This document shows positions 46,951-56,407 of a stretch of DNA of 64,000 nucleotides, in pieces. The notes beneath the pieces were generated by a model, which did no database searches, was not told where the DNA came from, and saw nothing but the letters and a program-made list of their open reading frames with translations. Position numbers and translations under genes: made by a program. The stretch lies in IMG/VR virus record IMGVR_UViG_3300042934_000980, positions 124,001-188,000 of that record, one strand, 5' to 3'. How positions within the stretch are numbered: position 1 is the first letter of the stretch; every line of letters begins with the position of its first letter.

Positions 46951-47823
46951 TTAACGCGAAGGGGTCAGTTGCACGACGTCTTCAGACACCGTAGTACCCG
47001 CCAACTCGTCCACCGTGGTGCCGGCCAGGGCTTTCTCAAGCAGCGAGATTTGCTGGGCGCGTTCACGGAAGTTCATGTCAGCAGGGCTGCGCGGGGTGGC
47101 GCGGCGGTCACGGCGTTCGTTGCGTTCGATCACACGCAGCGTCTTGTTGATCTGCGCTTTGGGGTACACGTTCAGGTCATACCCGTACACGTAACCACCA
47201 ACACTGATCATGGCGTCTTGAGGCGCGTCAGGATCGAAGTAAATCCGGCAGGGCATGTCTTCACCCTCAGCGCTGCGAATCGTCGTGACGAGTTCTACAG
47301 GGTCTGGGAAGACTGCTTGCATGATCTTCTCGAAGAAGCTTGTGATGATCATGGCCGTCTTGATGTAGATCCGAGGACCTTTGATCAAGTTGTTGTACAA
47401 CAGTTCCAACACCGCTTCACGCATGTTGGTCGAAGCTTCGGGGACGTAAAACGCGAAAGATACATTGCCCCGGACCACGACGTAGTGCGTACGCTGTGTG
47501 CAACCGATGGCGACAAAGCGGAAGTTACCGTTGTCGCCGACGATCATGTTGTACGAAATGATCGGGCCTTCCAGAAACACTTTAACCGCAGGACCAGGTC
47601 CCTCGGGGTTCAGCTTGGGCTTACCGGTGTGGGAAAGAACTTCCAGCACACGTTCCTGGGTTGAATCGATAAACGCCTGATCCAACCCCAAGTCGGTGAT
47701 CAATACACCGCCGTTCCCTTCTTCAACGCGGTTGCTGGCTTCCAGCACCACTCTTAACGGACTTTGTGAAAACTTGGGAAGACGATCGTTAAGCTCGTTG
47801 AGATTACTCGACACTGAACTCAT
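46951..47823 (-). CDS. Hypothetical protein
   Basis: 290 aa, AAGGAG SD. Confidence 0.8.
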   Translation of the reverse strand: MSSVSSNLNELNDRLPKFSQSPLRVVLEASNRVEEGNGGVLITDLGLDQAFIDSTQERVLEVLSHTGKPKLNPEGPGPAVKVFLEGPIISYNMIVGDNGNFRFVAIGCTQRTHYVVVRGNVSFAFYVPEASTNMREAVLELLYNNLIKGPRIYIKTAMIITSFFEKIMQAVFPDPVELVTTIRSAEGEDMPCRIYFDPDAPQDAMISVGGYVYGYDLNVYPKAQINKTLRVIERNERRDRRATPRSPADMNFRERAQQISLLEKALAGTTVDELAGTTVSEDVVQLTPSR

Positions 47824-47848
47824 AAATACTCCTTGTTGTACTGCTGGT

Positions 47849-48388
47849 TTATTTCAACCTTCTAATGTGGATGTCTTGTGGACCAACACTCTCAAGTGGA
47901 AGGGAACTGTCATTAAACGGATGCGTCATCCGGGTAGGCGATCTGTTAGTGTTCCTAACTTGGATGATCCCCACCATCCTCATCTCTACCGGATCAAGTA
48001 TTCGCCACTCACCTGTCACGTGAGCATCCCACACCAGTCTTTCATTGGTTAGGACCTGGGGCGAAACAATCCGTTCTTTGCCAGTCAACTTCGGTCGGTA
48101 CACATAGAAATTAAGATAAGGTACTTTACCGACCTCAAAAAATTTCGCGACGTTTGGAAATACCCCAAGAAAGCATCCTTCCAACGTTGGGGCTACACAG
48201 ACCGCTTGCATCGGTGGTTCCGGGTACGCCCAAGTGGAATCTTCCTGTTCACCTGGTGTATCGAAGCCTGCCTGCTCACCCGGGGTCCACAGACCTTCAA
48301 GTGCGCCGTTAAGGCTTAAGTGAAATAAATCCCCGAAACTCCATTCAGTCTTGGGGACAACCAGCTTTTTAACGTTGACCTTTGCCAT
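47849..48388 (-). CDS. Hypothetical protein, possible ADP-ribosyltransferase fold
   Basis: LFHLS...VCVAPTLEGC...FYVY...VWDAHVTGEW. Confidence 0.55.
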   Translation of the reverse strand: MAKVNVKKLVVPKTEWSFGDLFHLSLNGALEGLWTPGEQAGFDTPGEQEDSTWAYPEPPMQAVCVAPTLEGCFLGVFPNVAKFFEVGKVPYLNFYVYRPKLTGKERIVSPQVLTNERLVWDAHVTGEWRILDPVEMRMVGIIQVRNTNRSPTRMTHPFNDSSLPLESVGPQDIHIRRLK

Positions 48389-48509
48389 CCTTTACCTGTT
48401 TGCCTTTCGCAGCTGCACGGACACTGCGATAGATGTTTTCGATCCGCTTACGCTCCTCAGGTTTCATGGGAGGATGAAGCAACCCGATATAATCAATCGT
48501 TCGCCCCAT
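48369..48509 (-). CDS. 46-aa basic protein (not in ORF track)
   Basis: MGRTIDYIGLLHPPMKPEERKRIENIYRSVRAAAKGKQVKDGKGQR*; TGATG coupling with the upstream gene; fills the gap. Confidence 0.55.
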   Translation of the reverse strand: MGRTIDYIGLLHPPMKPEERKRIENIYRSVRAAAKGKQVKDGKGQR

Positions 48510-48814
48510 CATACCCGTGCCCGCGCTAAACGCTGCAAATCGCGCATCAAGCGATCAACGTCCTTTTCTAGGTTGTAGATACGGGCAGGCTTTACCATGT
48601 CAAGCGCTACCATCGACGCCCCACGCGAAGTATTGACGTACATCATCTCCATCTCCCCAGGGCGATGTCCGCCAAAGGTTTCAGGTTTGCTGTTCACGTC
48701 GGTCACTGCGCGACCACCCACCAACAGGCGGTTGTGTTCCAGAGTGATGGAGTGATCTGACGTGACTCGGTGAGAACCGAGCATCGCCAACCCCAGTAGG
48801 TTCTTTAGCTTCAT
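48509..48814 (-). CDS. Hypothetical protein
   Basis: 101 aa, ATGA coupling. Confidence 0.7.
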   Translation of the reverse strand: MKLKNLLGLAMLGSHRVTSDHSITLEHNRLLVGGRAVTDVNSKPETFGGHRPGEMEMMYVNTSRGASMVALDMVKPARIYNLEKDVDRLMRDLQRLARARV

Positions 48815-49446
48815 GATTTATGACTCGGTCGGGTAGATAGGTTGGGTAGGTTCTTTCTAACCCAATCCTGAACGTCAGAGTTATCGGACTCACTGACCGT
48901 GTGGGTGATGTGCTTACAAAGACGATCCGTCACCAAATCGTCAAGCACCGAGGGGGCTTCCTGCTTGTGCCATGTCCCCCAGTGCAGAGTTCCCTGGGCG
49001 TTTGCCAGCGCCTGTTGAATGTGCTCCTTAGACGGCATCAGACGGTCGGCGTACTTCTTATCCTCATAACCACCTTTACCCACGCACCAGACCGCTGCAC
49101 CCGCTACCACCAGCGTTCCGCCTGCAGTGCAAGTAAGCGCCGGGATACGCCGCTTAGGGTGTGGGGCCATCTTGAACATGCTGACGTACGGCCAATTGCT
49201 GACATAGTCGGCTGGATTGGAAATATACCCCACGTTTGAGGGAATACGAAACTCCCGGTGGCTCAGCAAGTCATGGTCTTTGTACTCTTGGCGACCTACT
49301 TGTTGGATGAATGCCGGGGCGTTATAGAGGAGGTACTCCACCCCGTTAAACGTCTGTATGTGTCGGTGACGGCTGTACTGCTCGTCTTCTTGGACCTTAA
49401 GAGACAGAGGCGTACGCCCAACTAACACAAGAGGAAGCTTTTCCAT
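48811..49446 (-). CDS. Hypothetical protein
   Basis: 211 aa in operon. Confidence 0.7.
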   Translation of the reverse strand: MEKLPLVLVGRTPLSLKVQEDEQYSRHRHIQTFNGVEYLLYNAPAFIQQVGRQEYKDHDLLSHREFRIPSNVGYISNPADYVSNWPYVSMFKMAPHPKRRIPALTCTAGGTLVVAGAAVWCVGKGGYEDKKYADRLMPSKEHIQQALANAQGTLHWGTWHKQEAPSVLDDLVTDRLCKHITHTVSESDNSDVQDWVRKNLPNLSTRPSHKS

Positions 49447-49449
49447 GGT

Positions 49450-49875
49450 TCACCCAAAGATGGCGTTGAGGTTTTGGACGACCTTTTTCAGTTGTTCGTA
49501 GTTCTCGTCCGTTTCAGGCAGATCCATGTAGCACAGCCCGATTTCCTTGGCTGCGGCAAACATCTGCTCACGACTGCCGGTCAGCAGCATGACCTTAAGC
49601 ATCTGGTCATGAGTGGCCTTGTCGTCAATGCGAATAAACGCCACTTCGTTACTCACAGGTGGCGACAGCGGCCGCCCATTGATCGTGTCGCTCAAAGCGC
49701 TGTCAATCCACTTGCTGTAGTACGGGTACTGCTTGCGGATGGGACCCAGGTAGCATTCGTCCAGATCGGCAATGGCTTTGCCCACCACACACGCTTCATC
49801 TTCAAGCCCTTTGACCGACTGGCTGAACGAATCGCAGGCAGCCTTGGTTTTTTCAAACAACTCTTGTTCCATCAC
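49450..49875 (-). CDS. Hypothetical protein
   Basis: 141 aa, AGGGG SD. Confidence 0.7.
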   Translation of the reverse strand: MMEQELFEKTKAACDSFSQSVKGLEDEACVVGKAIADLDECYLGPIRKQYPYYSKWIDSALSDTINGRPLSPPVSNEVAFIRIDDKATHDQMLKVMLLTGSREQMFAAAKEIGLCYMDLPETDENYEQLKKVVQNLNAIFG

Positions 49876-49939
49876 AAACCCCTAATTACGTCTTTTAAAC
49901 TGATAGCATATTGTCAGTATACTATCAGTTTTCTAGTAC

Positions 49940-50560
49940 TTAAAACTCAACCGGCACCCGGACCTTGGTCAGGATCCCGATGGTGTTGAGTAAAGGCGTG
50001 CTGATCCCCATGTACTGGGTATCCTGCCCATGGCGACTGGGGTAGGTGACACTGATATAGCCCGGTGGGGTGTGGTCGCAGACTTCCAAGCTCAGCGAAC
50101 AGGGTTTGCCGTCTATCATGCCGTTGATCACTTTGCGGTATTCCCCGTACCGCTCGTAATCCAAGGCAAAGATGAAGAACCTCGCCAGAGCGCGGAAGAG
50201 CTGCGAAGACTTGGGTTGGCGGTCAAACACCAGATGCTCGTACAAAAGCCGCCAGCCCTCTTCATAGCCCCTTACAGCACCCTCTGCGGTGTAGATATAA
50301 CGCTTACCGTTACAGTGCCAGTAGTAACGCGTCTGCGCCTCATCGCTGATGGTGATCAGCATGTCATCATTCAGATGCGTTACCGAGTAGAACTTCACCG
50401 CGCCCTTAAGCGCGTGGCGAATGCGCATGATCTTTTTGGCGTTACGGCGCTGCGGCATAGCCGAGGTAGGGCAACCCGTCACACTGTCCACATTTAACTG
50501 GGTGCCCACATTGCCGTAGTCAGGGAAGACCCCAACGTGCGAATAGGTTTTCTTAAGCAT
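49940..50560 (-). CDS. Hypothetical protein
   Basis: 206 aa, GGAGG SD. Confidence 0.75.
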   Translation of the reverse strand: MLKKTYSHVGVFPDYGNVGTQLNVDSVTGCPTSAMPQRRNAKKIMRIRHALKGAVKFYSVTHLNDDMLITISDEAQTRYYWHCNGKRYIYTAEGAVRGYEEGWRLLYEHLVFDRQPKSSQLFRALARFFIFALDYERYGEYRKVINGMIDGKPCSLSLEVCDHTPPGYISVTYPSRHGQDTQYMGISTPLLNTIGILTKVRVPVEF

Positions 50561-50574
50561 AGCCCCTCCGAGGG

Positions 50575-51927
50575 TTACTTGATAATATCGAGCACCGGTT
50601 GCTTAAGCTCGGTGCTGTCCAGCTCACGTTGGATCGGGTTACAGAACCCGTCACTGGTGGCCACGATCAGTTCTTTGTCGGTCTGAAACAGGTAGATGTC
50701 AGCATCTTTAAGGATCATGATGCCTTTCTCCCCCATCCCGGCTTTATTCTGCCAGTAGGTTTTATTGCCTTTAAGCCCGACCACGGTGATCTTGTCGCCG
50801 TTGACGTTCATGACCGTGTCGACCAGCACCTTGTTCTCATCAACTAAGCGAAACCCAAACAAGGTTTTGTAAGGATAACTGAAGGTTCGCTTACCGCTGA
50901 TGGTCAAGTTGCCTTTGGACACTTTACAGCTGCGCTCATCGGTGTAACGCCCGGTGGTAATGCTGGACATCACATACAGATAAGCCCCGTACACCAAACC
51001 GCCGATGATCACCGCAAACAACAACCGCCACAGCACACCGGCTATCAAGCGGTTACGCTTAAGACGCTTGTTCTCTTTACGGGTTTCCAGCAACATCCGA
51101 GCCAACGAGCCTTTGTCGTGCCAGTCATCGTCACAGGCCAGGTTCAGGCGTTCGTCGTGTTCCGGTTCCAGCTGGCGGAACTTGCTGGGCGTGTGCAAGT
51201 CCATCCAGATGCCCGGTGGTGACAGCACCCACATGCTGTCGCGCCAAGCATAGGCGTCATACATGTCAAGGGTGTTGGGATCTGGAAGTTCTTTGTCGTT
51301 AGGCCAAGGACCCAAGACGCGCAAACCAGGAAGTGCGGAATTGGATTGTTCAGGGGCGGTGGGGTTGACGGTTTCACGGGTAGCCGCCTTCAGCAACCCA
51401 TTAAGCACCCCGTTCTTCTTCTCCCACTCTTCGCGTGTCCCTTCAAACCCAGAGTCCTGTGCCCGCTCCCACAGCTGGCATTCAACGCTTGGCACAGGAC
51501 TGCCCAAACGAACAGTCCAACCTTGTTTGGTTTTGCTTTGCAGTTCGCCGCGCCACAGCATTCCTGCACCCAATGGAATGGTATCATCCTCAGGCAGCTC
51601 TTCTTCGGTAGGCCATACCCCCAAGTACTTGTCAGGTATGGTCACCCAACCATGGGTAGTCAGAATTTCCTGGCCTTCACCAGTTTCAACGATTTGACCG
51701 ACAACCGAGTGGTAGGTGGTCAAGTCACCTTTAAGTGTCCAGTAAGGGGTAAGAAGCCCTGCAATAGATTGCAGCTCAACCACCCACAACTCATTACCCG
51801 CTACAGCAGCCGCGCCAATTTCACACACTTTTGCGTCGGGTAAAGGCTCGCCCGGTTCGAGAAAAAGTGACACCTCCCAAGAACTGTCCCCGATGGTAAT
51901 GGTCTTTAACTTCTCTTTGTCAACCAT
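50575..51927 (-). CDS. Single-pass membrane protein containing tail-fibre-like repeats
   Basis: AAGGA SD before MVDKEK; repeats YLGVWPTEEELP, SGFEGTREEW, LRVLGPWPNDKELP..DAYAW; TM LLFAVIIGGLVYGAYLYVM. Confidence 0.75.
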   Translation of the reverse strand: MVDKEKLKTITIGDSSWEVSLFLEPGEPLPDAKVCEIGAAAVAGNELWVVELQSIAGLLTPYWTLKGDLTTYHSVVGQIVETGEGQEILTTHGWVTIPDKYLGVWPTEEELPEDDTIPLGAGMLWRGELQSKTKQGWTVRLGSPVPSVECQLWERAQDSGFEGTREEWEKKNGVLNGLLKAATRETVNPTAPEQSNSALPGLRVLGPWPNDKELPDPNTLDMYDAYAWRDSMWVLSPPGIWMDLHTPSKFRQLEPEHDERLNLACDDDWHDKGSLARMLLETRKENKRLKRNRLIAGVLWRLLFAVIIGGLVYGAYLYVMSSITTGRYTDERSCKVSKGNLTISGKRTFSYPYKTLFGFRLVDENKVLVDTVMNVNGDKITVVGLKGNKTYWQNKAGMGEKGIMILKDADIYLFQTDKELIVATSDGFCNPIQRELDSTELKQPVLDIIK

Positions 51928-51962
51928 AGTGTAATTTGTCCTTAAACAAAAAGAAAGCAACC

Positions 51963-51999
51963 CCAATACGCCATTAGGGGTTACCTAATGGCGTATTGG
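51963..51999 (-). terminator. Intrinsic terminator
   Basis: 16-bp stem CCAATACGCCATTAGG/CCTAATGGCGTATTGG, T-rich downstream on the minus strand. Confidence 0.75.
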
Positions 52000-52005
52000 A
52001 AGTTG

Positions 52006-52575
52006 TTAGTGGAGAGACTCTAACCGAGTCAAATGGAAGGGGACCATCGTCGTGGTCTTGTCCTTCAGGTTGGCAAATACCAACACACCAAATTCAGGGT
52101 GCGGGGTGTGCCGGTTCAACGTCATCTGCATCGGGATGGAATCCATCACAAACATTACACTTTCCCGGCGCAGATGTTTCATCAGCAACGCAATGTTGCC
52201 CAGGTACCCGTGGTCGAAGAACTCTTGGATCGACGCCATGGTTTCCGGACCGACACTGCAGCCCCACTGGGTTTTGTCGTGCGAGCGACTGGCAAAGTCG
52301 TTGAAGACGTTCACAGCCTGACTGCCAGTCTTGGCAACATCGGGGCTGTTAAGCAGGCGGTCCTTGGGGAAGTTGTTGGTTTTGATCATCTCGTCCAGAT
52401 GGTCAACAGCGTAGACAAATTCTTCCAGAACGGTTTCTTGCAAGGGCGTTTGTTTGAACTCTCGTACAAGTTCAGGGTTCAAGGTGCGGGTAACTTCCTC
52501 GAACGTTAATACCGGTTCTGCTTCAAGTACGAGTGGGTTCAATGCATCGCCAACCTCCGCGAGTAGTGCATTCAT
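52006..52575 (-). CDS. Hypothetical protein
   Basis: 189 aa, AGGA SD. Confidence 0.75.
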   Translation of the reverse strand: MNALLAEVGDALNPLVLEAEPVLTFEEVTRTLNPELVREFKQTPLQETVLEEFVYAVDHLDEMIKTNNFPKDRLLNSPDVAKTGSQAVNVFNDFASRSHDKTQWGCSVGPETMASIQEFFDHGYLGNIALLMKHLRRESVMFVMDSIPMQMTLNRHTPHPEFGVLVFANLKDKTTTMVPFHLTRLESLH

Positions 52576-52673
52576 GGTACGTGTATCCTGTTATAAGAGC
52601 GGTGGAGTTGCTATAAGTACATGTTTGAGTTATTTAAAGTTAGAAGGTCTAGAAGAGGTCTTGACACAGTGTA

Positions 52674-52690
52674 GTAATATAGGTTTCAGA
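52674..52690 (-). promoter_or_regulatory. Early promoter
   Basis: TCTGAAACCTATATTAC. Confidence 0.75.
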
Positions 52691-52726
52691 TTGGCCAAGA
52701 CCTCCCCTTATTAGGACGTCTTTACC

Positions 52727-52909
52727 TTAACGCATGATCCCTGCATACCCTACATACGCCAACGACACACCTACCACCATGACTGCGGTAATCAACAGGT
52801 TCTTCCAACGACGTTTGCGGATCTGGACCTCCAGTACATCTGCCATGGCGATCTGGTCCAGTGAGGACATGTCGTATTTTGGGAGGTGACTATGAGTACG
52901 ATCGGACAT
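52727..52909 (-). CDS. Small membrane protein with C-terminal TM
   Basis: AGGAG SD before MSDRTH; RKRRWK followed by a hydrophobic helix. Confidence 0.7.
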   Translation of the reverse strand: MSDRTHSHLPKYDMSSLDQIAMADVLEVQIRKRRWKNLLITAVMVVGVSLAYVGYAGIMR

Positions 52910-52952
52910 TGTTATTCTCCTAAATTTCCTAAATGCGGAATAATGGCAGAAC

Positions 52953-52978
52953 GGAAGAGCGCCCGAAGGCACTCCTCC
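52953..52978 (-). terminator. Hairpin with cUUCGg tetraloop
   Basis: GGAGGAGTGCC-TTCG-GGCGCTCTTCC on the minus strand (G:U pairs fit this strand). Confidence 0.65.
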
Positions 52979-53000
52979 TTTCTAGCTAACCCTGATGGGA

Positions 53001-53594
53001 TCAGACGGCTGGTTCTTCTGGGAAGGTCAGTTGACCATAATCGGTATCAGGGATGGTGAACACCTCAGCTTGCGCCACGGCGTGAACAACGCTACCCCAG
53101 ATGCACGGGGCGTCGATCGACACAGTGGTGGCGTCTGCGGTGACTTCTTGATCCAGCGTGTCGTACTTGAGCGCTGTGGCAAACGCAGCTTTGGCAGCAG
53201 CAGGACGGTCAGCTTCGGCTGTGCCGTGCGGCAGCAAGATTGCGATCTTGGTGGTGGTCCCGTCTTCGTCCAGGAACGCGTAGGTGCCGGGTACTACCAG
53301 CGCCTTGACCGCGTCAAAGTCTTCGTAGACGGTAGCATCCGTCATGTCGTAACCGCGGGCGCTGTTGGGGTTTGCAGCGGTCCAAGATTGCTCCAGACCG
53401 ATAAAGCGACGCGCTGCCGACTTTACGGTAGCCGAACGCAGACCATTGGCACCTGACGTGATGTCTTCGAAGGAGAGTTCTGCTTCAGTCAAACCGTCGA
53501 ACAACGCTTTCTTCTCAGCATCGTCTTTATAACGATTCAGGTTGAAAGCCACGAAACGGGTGACGAACAGACTCATCCGGGAGGATTTAGCCAT
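53001..53594 (-). CDS. Probable virion protein (paralogue family)
   Basis: Similar along its length to 53711-54280 and 38441-39025; TTATG upstream at about 53641. Confidence 0.75.
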   Translation of the reverse strand: MAKSSRMSLFVTRFVAFNLNRYKDDAEKKALFDGLTEAELSFEDITSGANGLRSATVKSAARRFIGLEQSWTAANPNSARGYDMTDATVYEDFDAVKALVVPGTYAFLDEDGTTTKIAILLPHGTAEADRPAAAKAAFATALKYDTLDQEVTADATTVSIDAPCIWGSVVHAVAQAEVFTIPDTDYGQLTFPEEPAV

Positions 53595-53664
53595 TACTGT
53601 ACTCCGGGGAATGAGGTGTGGTGGTCAGGGAATCCTGTCACATAATATCTCATCCAACCGGCTA

Positions 53665-53693
53665 TAAAGCCCTACCCAGTGGGTAGGGCTTTA
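53665..53693 (-). terminator. Hairpin
   Basis: TAAAGCCCTACCC-AGT-GGGTAGGGCTTTA. Confidence 0.7.
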
Positions 53694-53710
53694 CGTTTAC
53701 GCCAACAGCC

Positions 53711-54280
53711 TTAGCCGTTGAGGTCCATCGGCTCACCTGGCTGCAGTTCAGCTACAGGCGCCTTGGCGACCACGTAGTCGACTTCACCGTAGATGGTGTC
53801 GCCTTCCACGATGATGGTGCCATCGGTCGCGGTGATCTGGTCAGCCGGGATGTCGTACTTGAGCGCGTCGATCAGCACGGCAGTGGCGGCGTCGGCTTGC
53901 TGGGCTTCAGCGGTGCCTTCGGCGATGACCACAACGGCCTTGGCGTCAGCGCCTTCGCCGACCAGGTACACACCAGGCTCTTGCTTGGCTTGTGCCGCGT
54001 CCGTGTCAGCCAGTGTCTCGCTGTCGGTCAGGGTCAGGACTTTGGGGCTGTTGACATTGGCCGACTTCCAGGTCTGATCAGGCCCGGTAAAGTTGCGACC
54101 TTGCGAGTCGATGTTGGCGGTGCGCACGCCATCGGCTTGGTGCTGGATGTTGGTGATCTGCAGATCTTCCAGGGTCAGGCCTTCGAAGCTCTTCAGCATT
54201 TCCTTGTCGGCTTTGTACAGCTGCTGGTTCTTCTGAACGAAAGGCCCCAGCAGAAGGCTTAGGGGCGATTGCTTGCTCAT
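53711..54280 (-). CDS. Probable virion protein (paralogue family)
   Basis: F.GLT..L...I...A.G.R.A...S..R.F.G..Q.W..AN.NS and ALKYD shared with 53001-53594. Confidence 0.75.
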   Translation of the reverse strand: MSKQSPLSLLLGPFVQKNQQLYKADKEMLKSFEGLTLEDLQITNIQHQADGVRTANIDSQGRNFTGPDQTWKSANVNSPKVLTLTDSETLADTDAAQAKQEPGVYLVGEGADAKAVVVIAEGTAEAQQADAATAVLIDALKYDIPADQITATDGTIIVEGDTIYGEVDYVVAKAPVAELQPGEPMDLNG

Positions 54281-54343
54281 GGGTAGTCCTCAGTGAGTGG
54301 GTGTAGCAGACCGGGGTGGTCGTAAGGCATATAATCCGTGTTG

Positions 54344-54550
54344 CTAGAAGAGCAGGGCTTTAACGAACCACAGCCCGACCACCGACCAGTACGCGGTGTG
54401 AAGCTTAAAGCGGTTGATTAAAACCAGCGCGGTAAACAACAGAATACCTAAGAGCGGGGATGCCTTATGAGCGAATAAGGGGATAAGCAGCAGCCCCAAC
54501 ATGTACAGCCCTCCCTCAAAGCTGAACAGCTTCTTCATTTCAGCAGTCAT
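54344..54550 (-). CDS. Small multi-TM membrane protein
   Basis: 68 aa, mostly hydrophobic, GAGGT SD. Confidence 0.7.
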   Translation of the reverse strand: MTAEMKKLFSFEGGLYMLGLLLIPLFAHKASPLLGILLFTALVLINRFKLHTAYWSVVGLWFVKALLF

Positions 54551-54578
54551 TACTACCTCAAAGATACAAAAAAGAAAA

Positions 54579-54602
54579 GCAAGGGAAATGACTCTCCCTT
54601 GC
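54579..54602 (-). terminator. Terminator of the chaperonin gene
   Basis: GCAAGGGA..TCCCTTGC followed by TTTTCTTTTTT on the minus strand. Confidence 0.75.
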
Positions 54603-54614
54603 CTTACTTAGGTC

Positions 54615-56336
54615 TTAGTGCGTCTTGACCGCGTGCAGCTTGTCGCCCAACAGCAGGCTGCTGGCATTGGCCAAGATCTTGGCTGTTTGCAGGCCGCCCT
54701 TAAGCGCTGTGACCAACGCGAACGCAGTGTCGTACACACCCAGGTCTTGAGCTTGTCCCGTTTCACCGGTGGCCAAGTTGGTGATGTCCGGTACATTACC
54801 TGCGTACTTTTTGAGCAGCTCTGGCAGGTCAGGTATGTACGCACCCTCGTCGCTTTGCTTGGCCAGATGCACGTACGGCACGCACACCAGCTCGGCTAGG
54901 CGTTCGAGGATCTTTGCATCCGTCTTGTCCCGGGCGAAGGTCACCGGATACAGGCTTTCCTTATTCTTGGGGGCAAGGACCACATGGTCTTGGTGATGGC
55001 AGTGATCATAAAGATCCGACAACACCAACAATCCAGCCTTCATCAACGAGGTACCGGCGCCTGGCAGAATGCCGTTGTCCAACGCACTCTTGACCGCCTT
55101 GACGACGTCCTCGAACCGATCCAAACGCTCCTTCACGTCCGAATAGGTTTCACCGCCCACAAAGATGGTGACCAACTGGCCGCGCAGGTTACGGATCCGG
55201 CTTTCGTTGAACTTGGCGCGTACGCTGAAACGGTCACCCATTTCGTACCCGCTCAGTTCTTGCTCGATGGCATCAGCACGCTGCTGCACGCGCACTAAGG
55301 CATTAGCATCCAGCTCGCTCACCAACGAGCGGCTGTTGCCGACCGTGACGTGCATGTTCGGAACGTTGAACTCCGCACCCACCGCGTCTTGCAGCTGAGT
55401 GAACATCGGCACGCCAAAGATGGTGGCGATATCACCCATGATCAAGCTGCCCACCGAACCACCGGCGTTGGTGTTGATCCCCACGAAAGTTGGGCCGCCC
55501 AGGAAGGTGTTGACCATTCCACCCATGCGTGCACTGGATTTTACTTGGTTATTGATGTTGGCCATGACAGCCCCCACCTCATGCTCGATCGAGCGGGCAA
55601 TGATAAGGATGTGGTCGGTCTGGCCCTTGAACTGGTCATGCAGCTTGATCAGCTCATCGGTCAGGTCCGCACCACGCCCCAGCGTACCGTCGATCACCAC
55701 CGGGATGAAGTTTTCCAGCAAAGTGTCGGCACCGTTGCCGTACTTGCTAAAGCCTGGGTTACTGAAACTCATGTTCAGTGGCAGGCCGTTGCTGTGCACC
55801 ACCTTGTCTTCGCTGCTCTGGCCTTCCTTGAGCTCGATGGCAGGGTAACGATCACCCGACTGCTTGTAGATGTCGGTGATGATGGTCGACAGCTCGTGGT
55901 CGCTGTTGGAGGAGGTCAGGGCCAGCTTGAACAACCGATCGTCTTCCGGGGTAACCTGGATGGCGAGGCTGCGCAGCTTCTTGCCGATCTCACCGATCAC
56001 TTGCTCGATGAAACGCTGTTCACGAAAGCTCTTGAACTGGCTGAGCACGCTGTACAGTTCAGCGGTCAACATGACGGTGGTGGTGGTGCCATCGCCACAC
56101 TCGTGGTCGGTCTTGATCGCCGCTTCAACGATCACCCGGTTAATGACCTCATCACGCGGGTCATCGAACTTGATGGACTTGGCGACCGTCACGCCATCCT
56201 TGGTGACCTTAACCGAGGTGCCGGTGCCGATCAAAGCGAGTTTGCCATTGGGACCCATGGTGGCCACAACTGCTTGGTGTACCTTGGTCATGACGTCTTT
56301 GACCATGTCCTGGGTGTTATCCAAAGTCAGCAGCAT
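54615..56336 (-). CDS. groEL: GroEL-like phage chaperonin (EL gp146-type)
   Basis: TMGPNG, VTKDGVTVAKSI, GDGTTT, KERLDRFEDVVKAVKSALDNGILPGAG; no GGM tail. Confidence 0.95.
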   Translation of the reverse strand: MLLTLDNTQDMVKDVMTKVHQAVVATMGPNGKLALIGTGTSVKVTKDGVTVAKSIKFDDPRDEVINRVIVEAAIKTDHECGDGTTTTVMLTAELYSVLSQFKSFREQRFIEQVIGEIGKKLRSLAIQVTPEDDRLFKLALTSSNSDHELSTIITDIYKQSGDRYPAIELKEGQSSEDKVVHSNGLPLNMSFSNPGFSKYGNGADTLLENFIPVVIDGTLGRGADLTDELIKLHDQFKGQTDHILIIARSIEHEVGAVMANINNQVKSSARMGGMVNTFLGGPTFVGINTNAGGSVGSLIMGDIATIFGVPMFTQLQDAVGAEFNVPNMHVTVGNSRSLVSELDANALVRVQQRADAIEQELSGYEMGDRFSVRAKFNESRIRNLRGQLVTIFVGGETYSDVKERLDRFEDVVKAVKSALDNGILPGAGTSLMKAGLLVLSDLYDHCHHQDHVVLAPKNKESLYPVTFARDKTDAKILERLAELVCVPYVHLAKQSDEGAYIPDLPELLKKYAGNVPDITNLATGETGQAQDLGVYDTAFALVTALKGGLQTAKILANASSLLLGDKLHAVKTH

Positions 56337-56390
56337 TTACGTGTTCTCCGTACAAGTTTAAAAAGTTAATGGTTGCTGTGCTACGGGTAA

Positions 56391-56407
56391 GTAATATAGG
56401 TTTCAGA
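56391..56407 (-). promoter_or_regulatory. Early promoter of groEL
   Basis: TCTGAAACCTATATTAC, identical to the copy at 52674. Confidence 0.78.
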
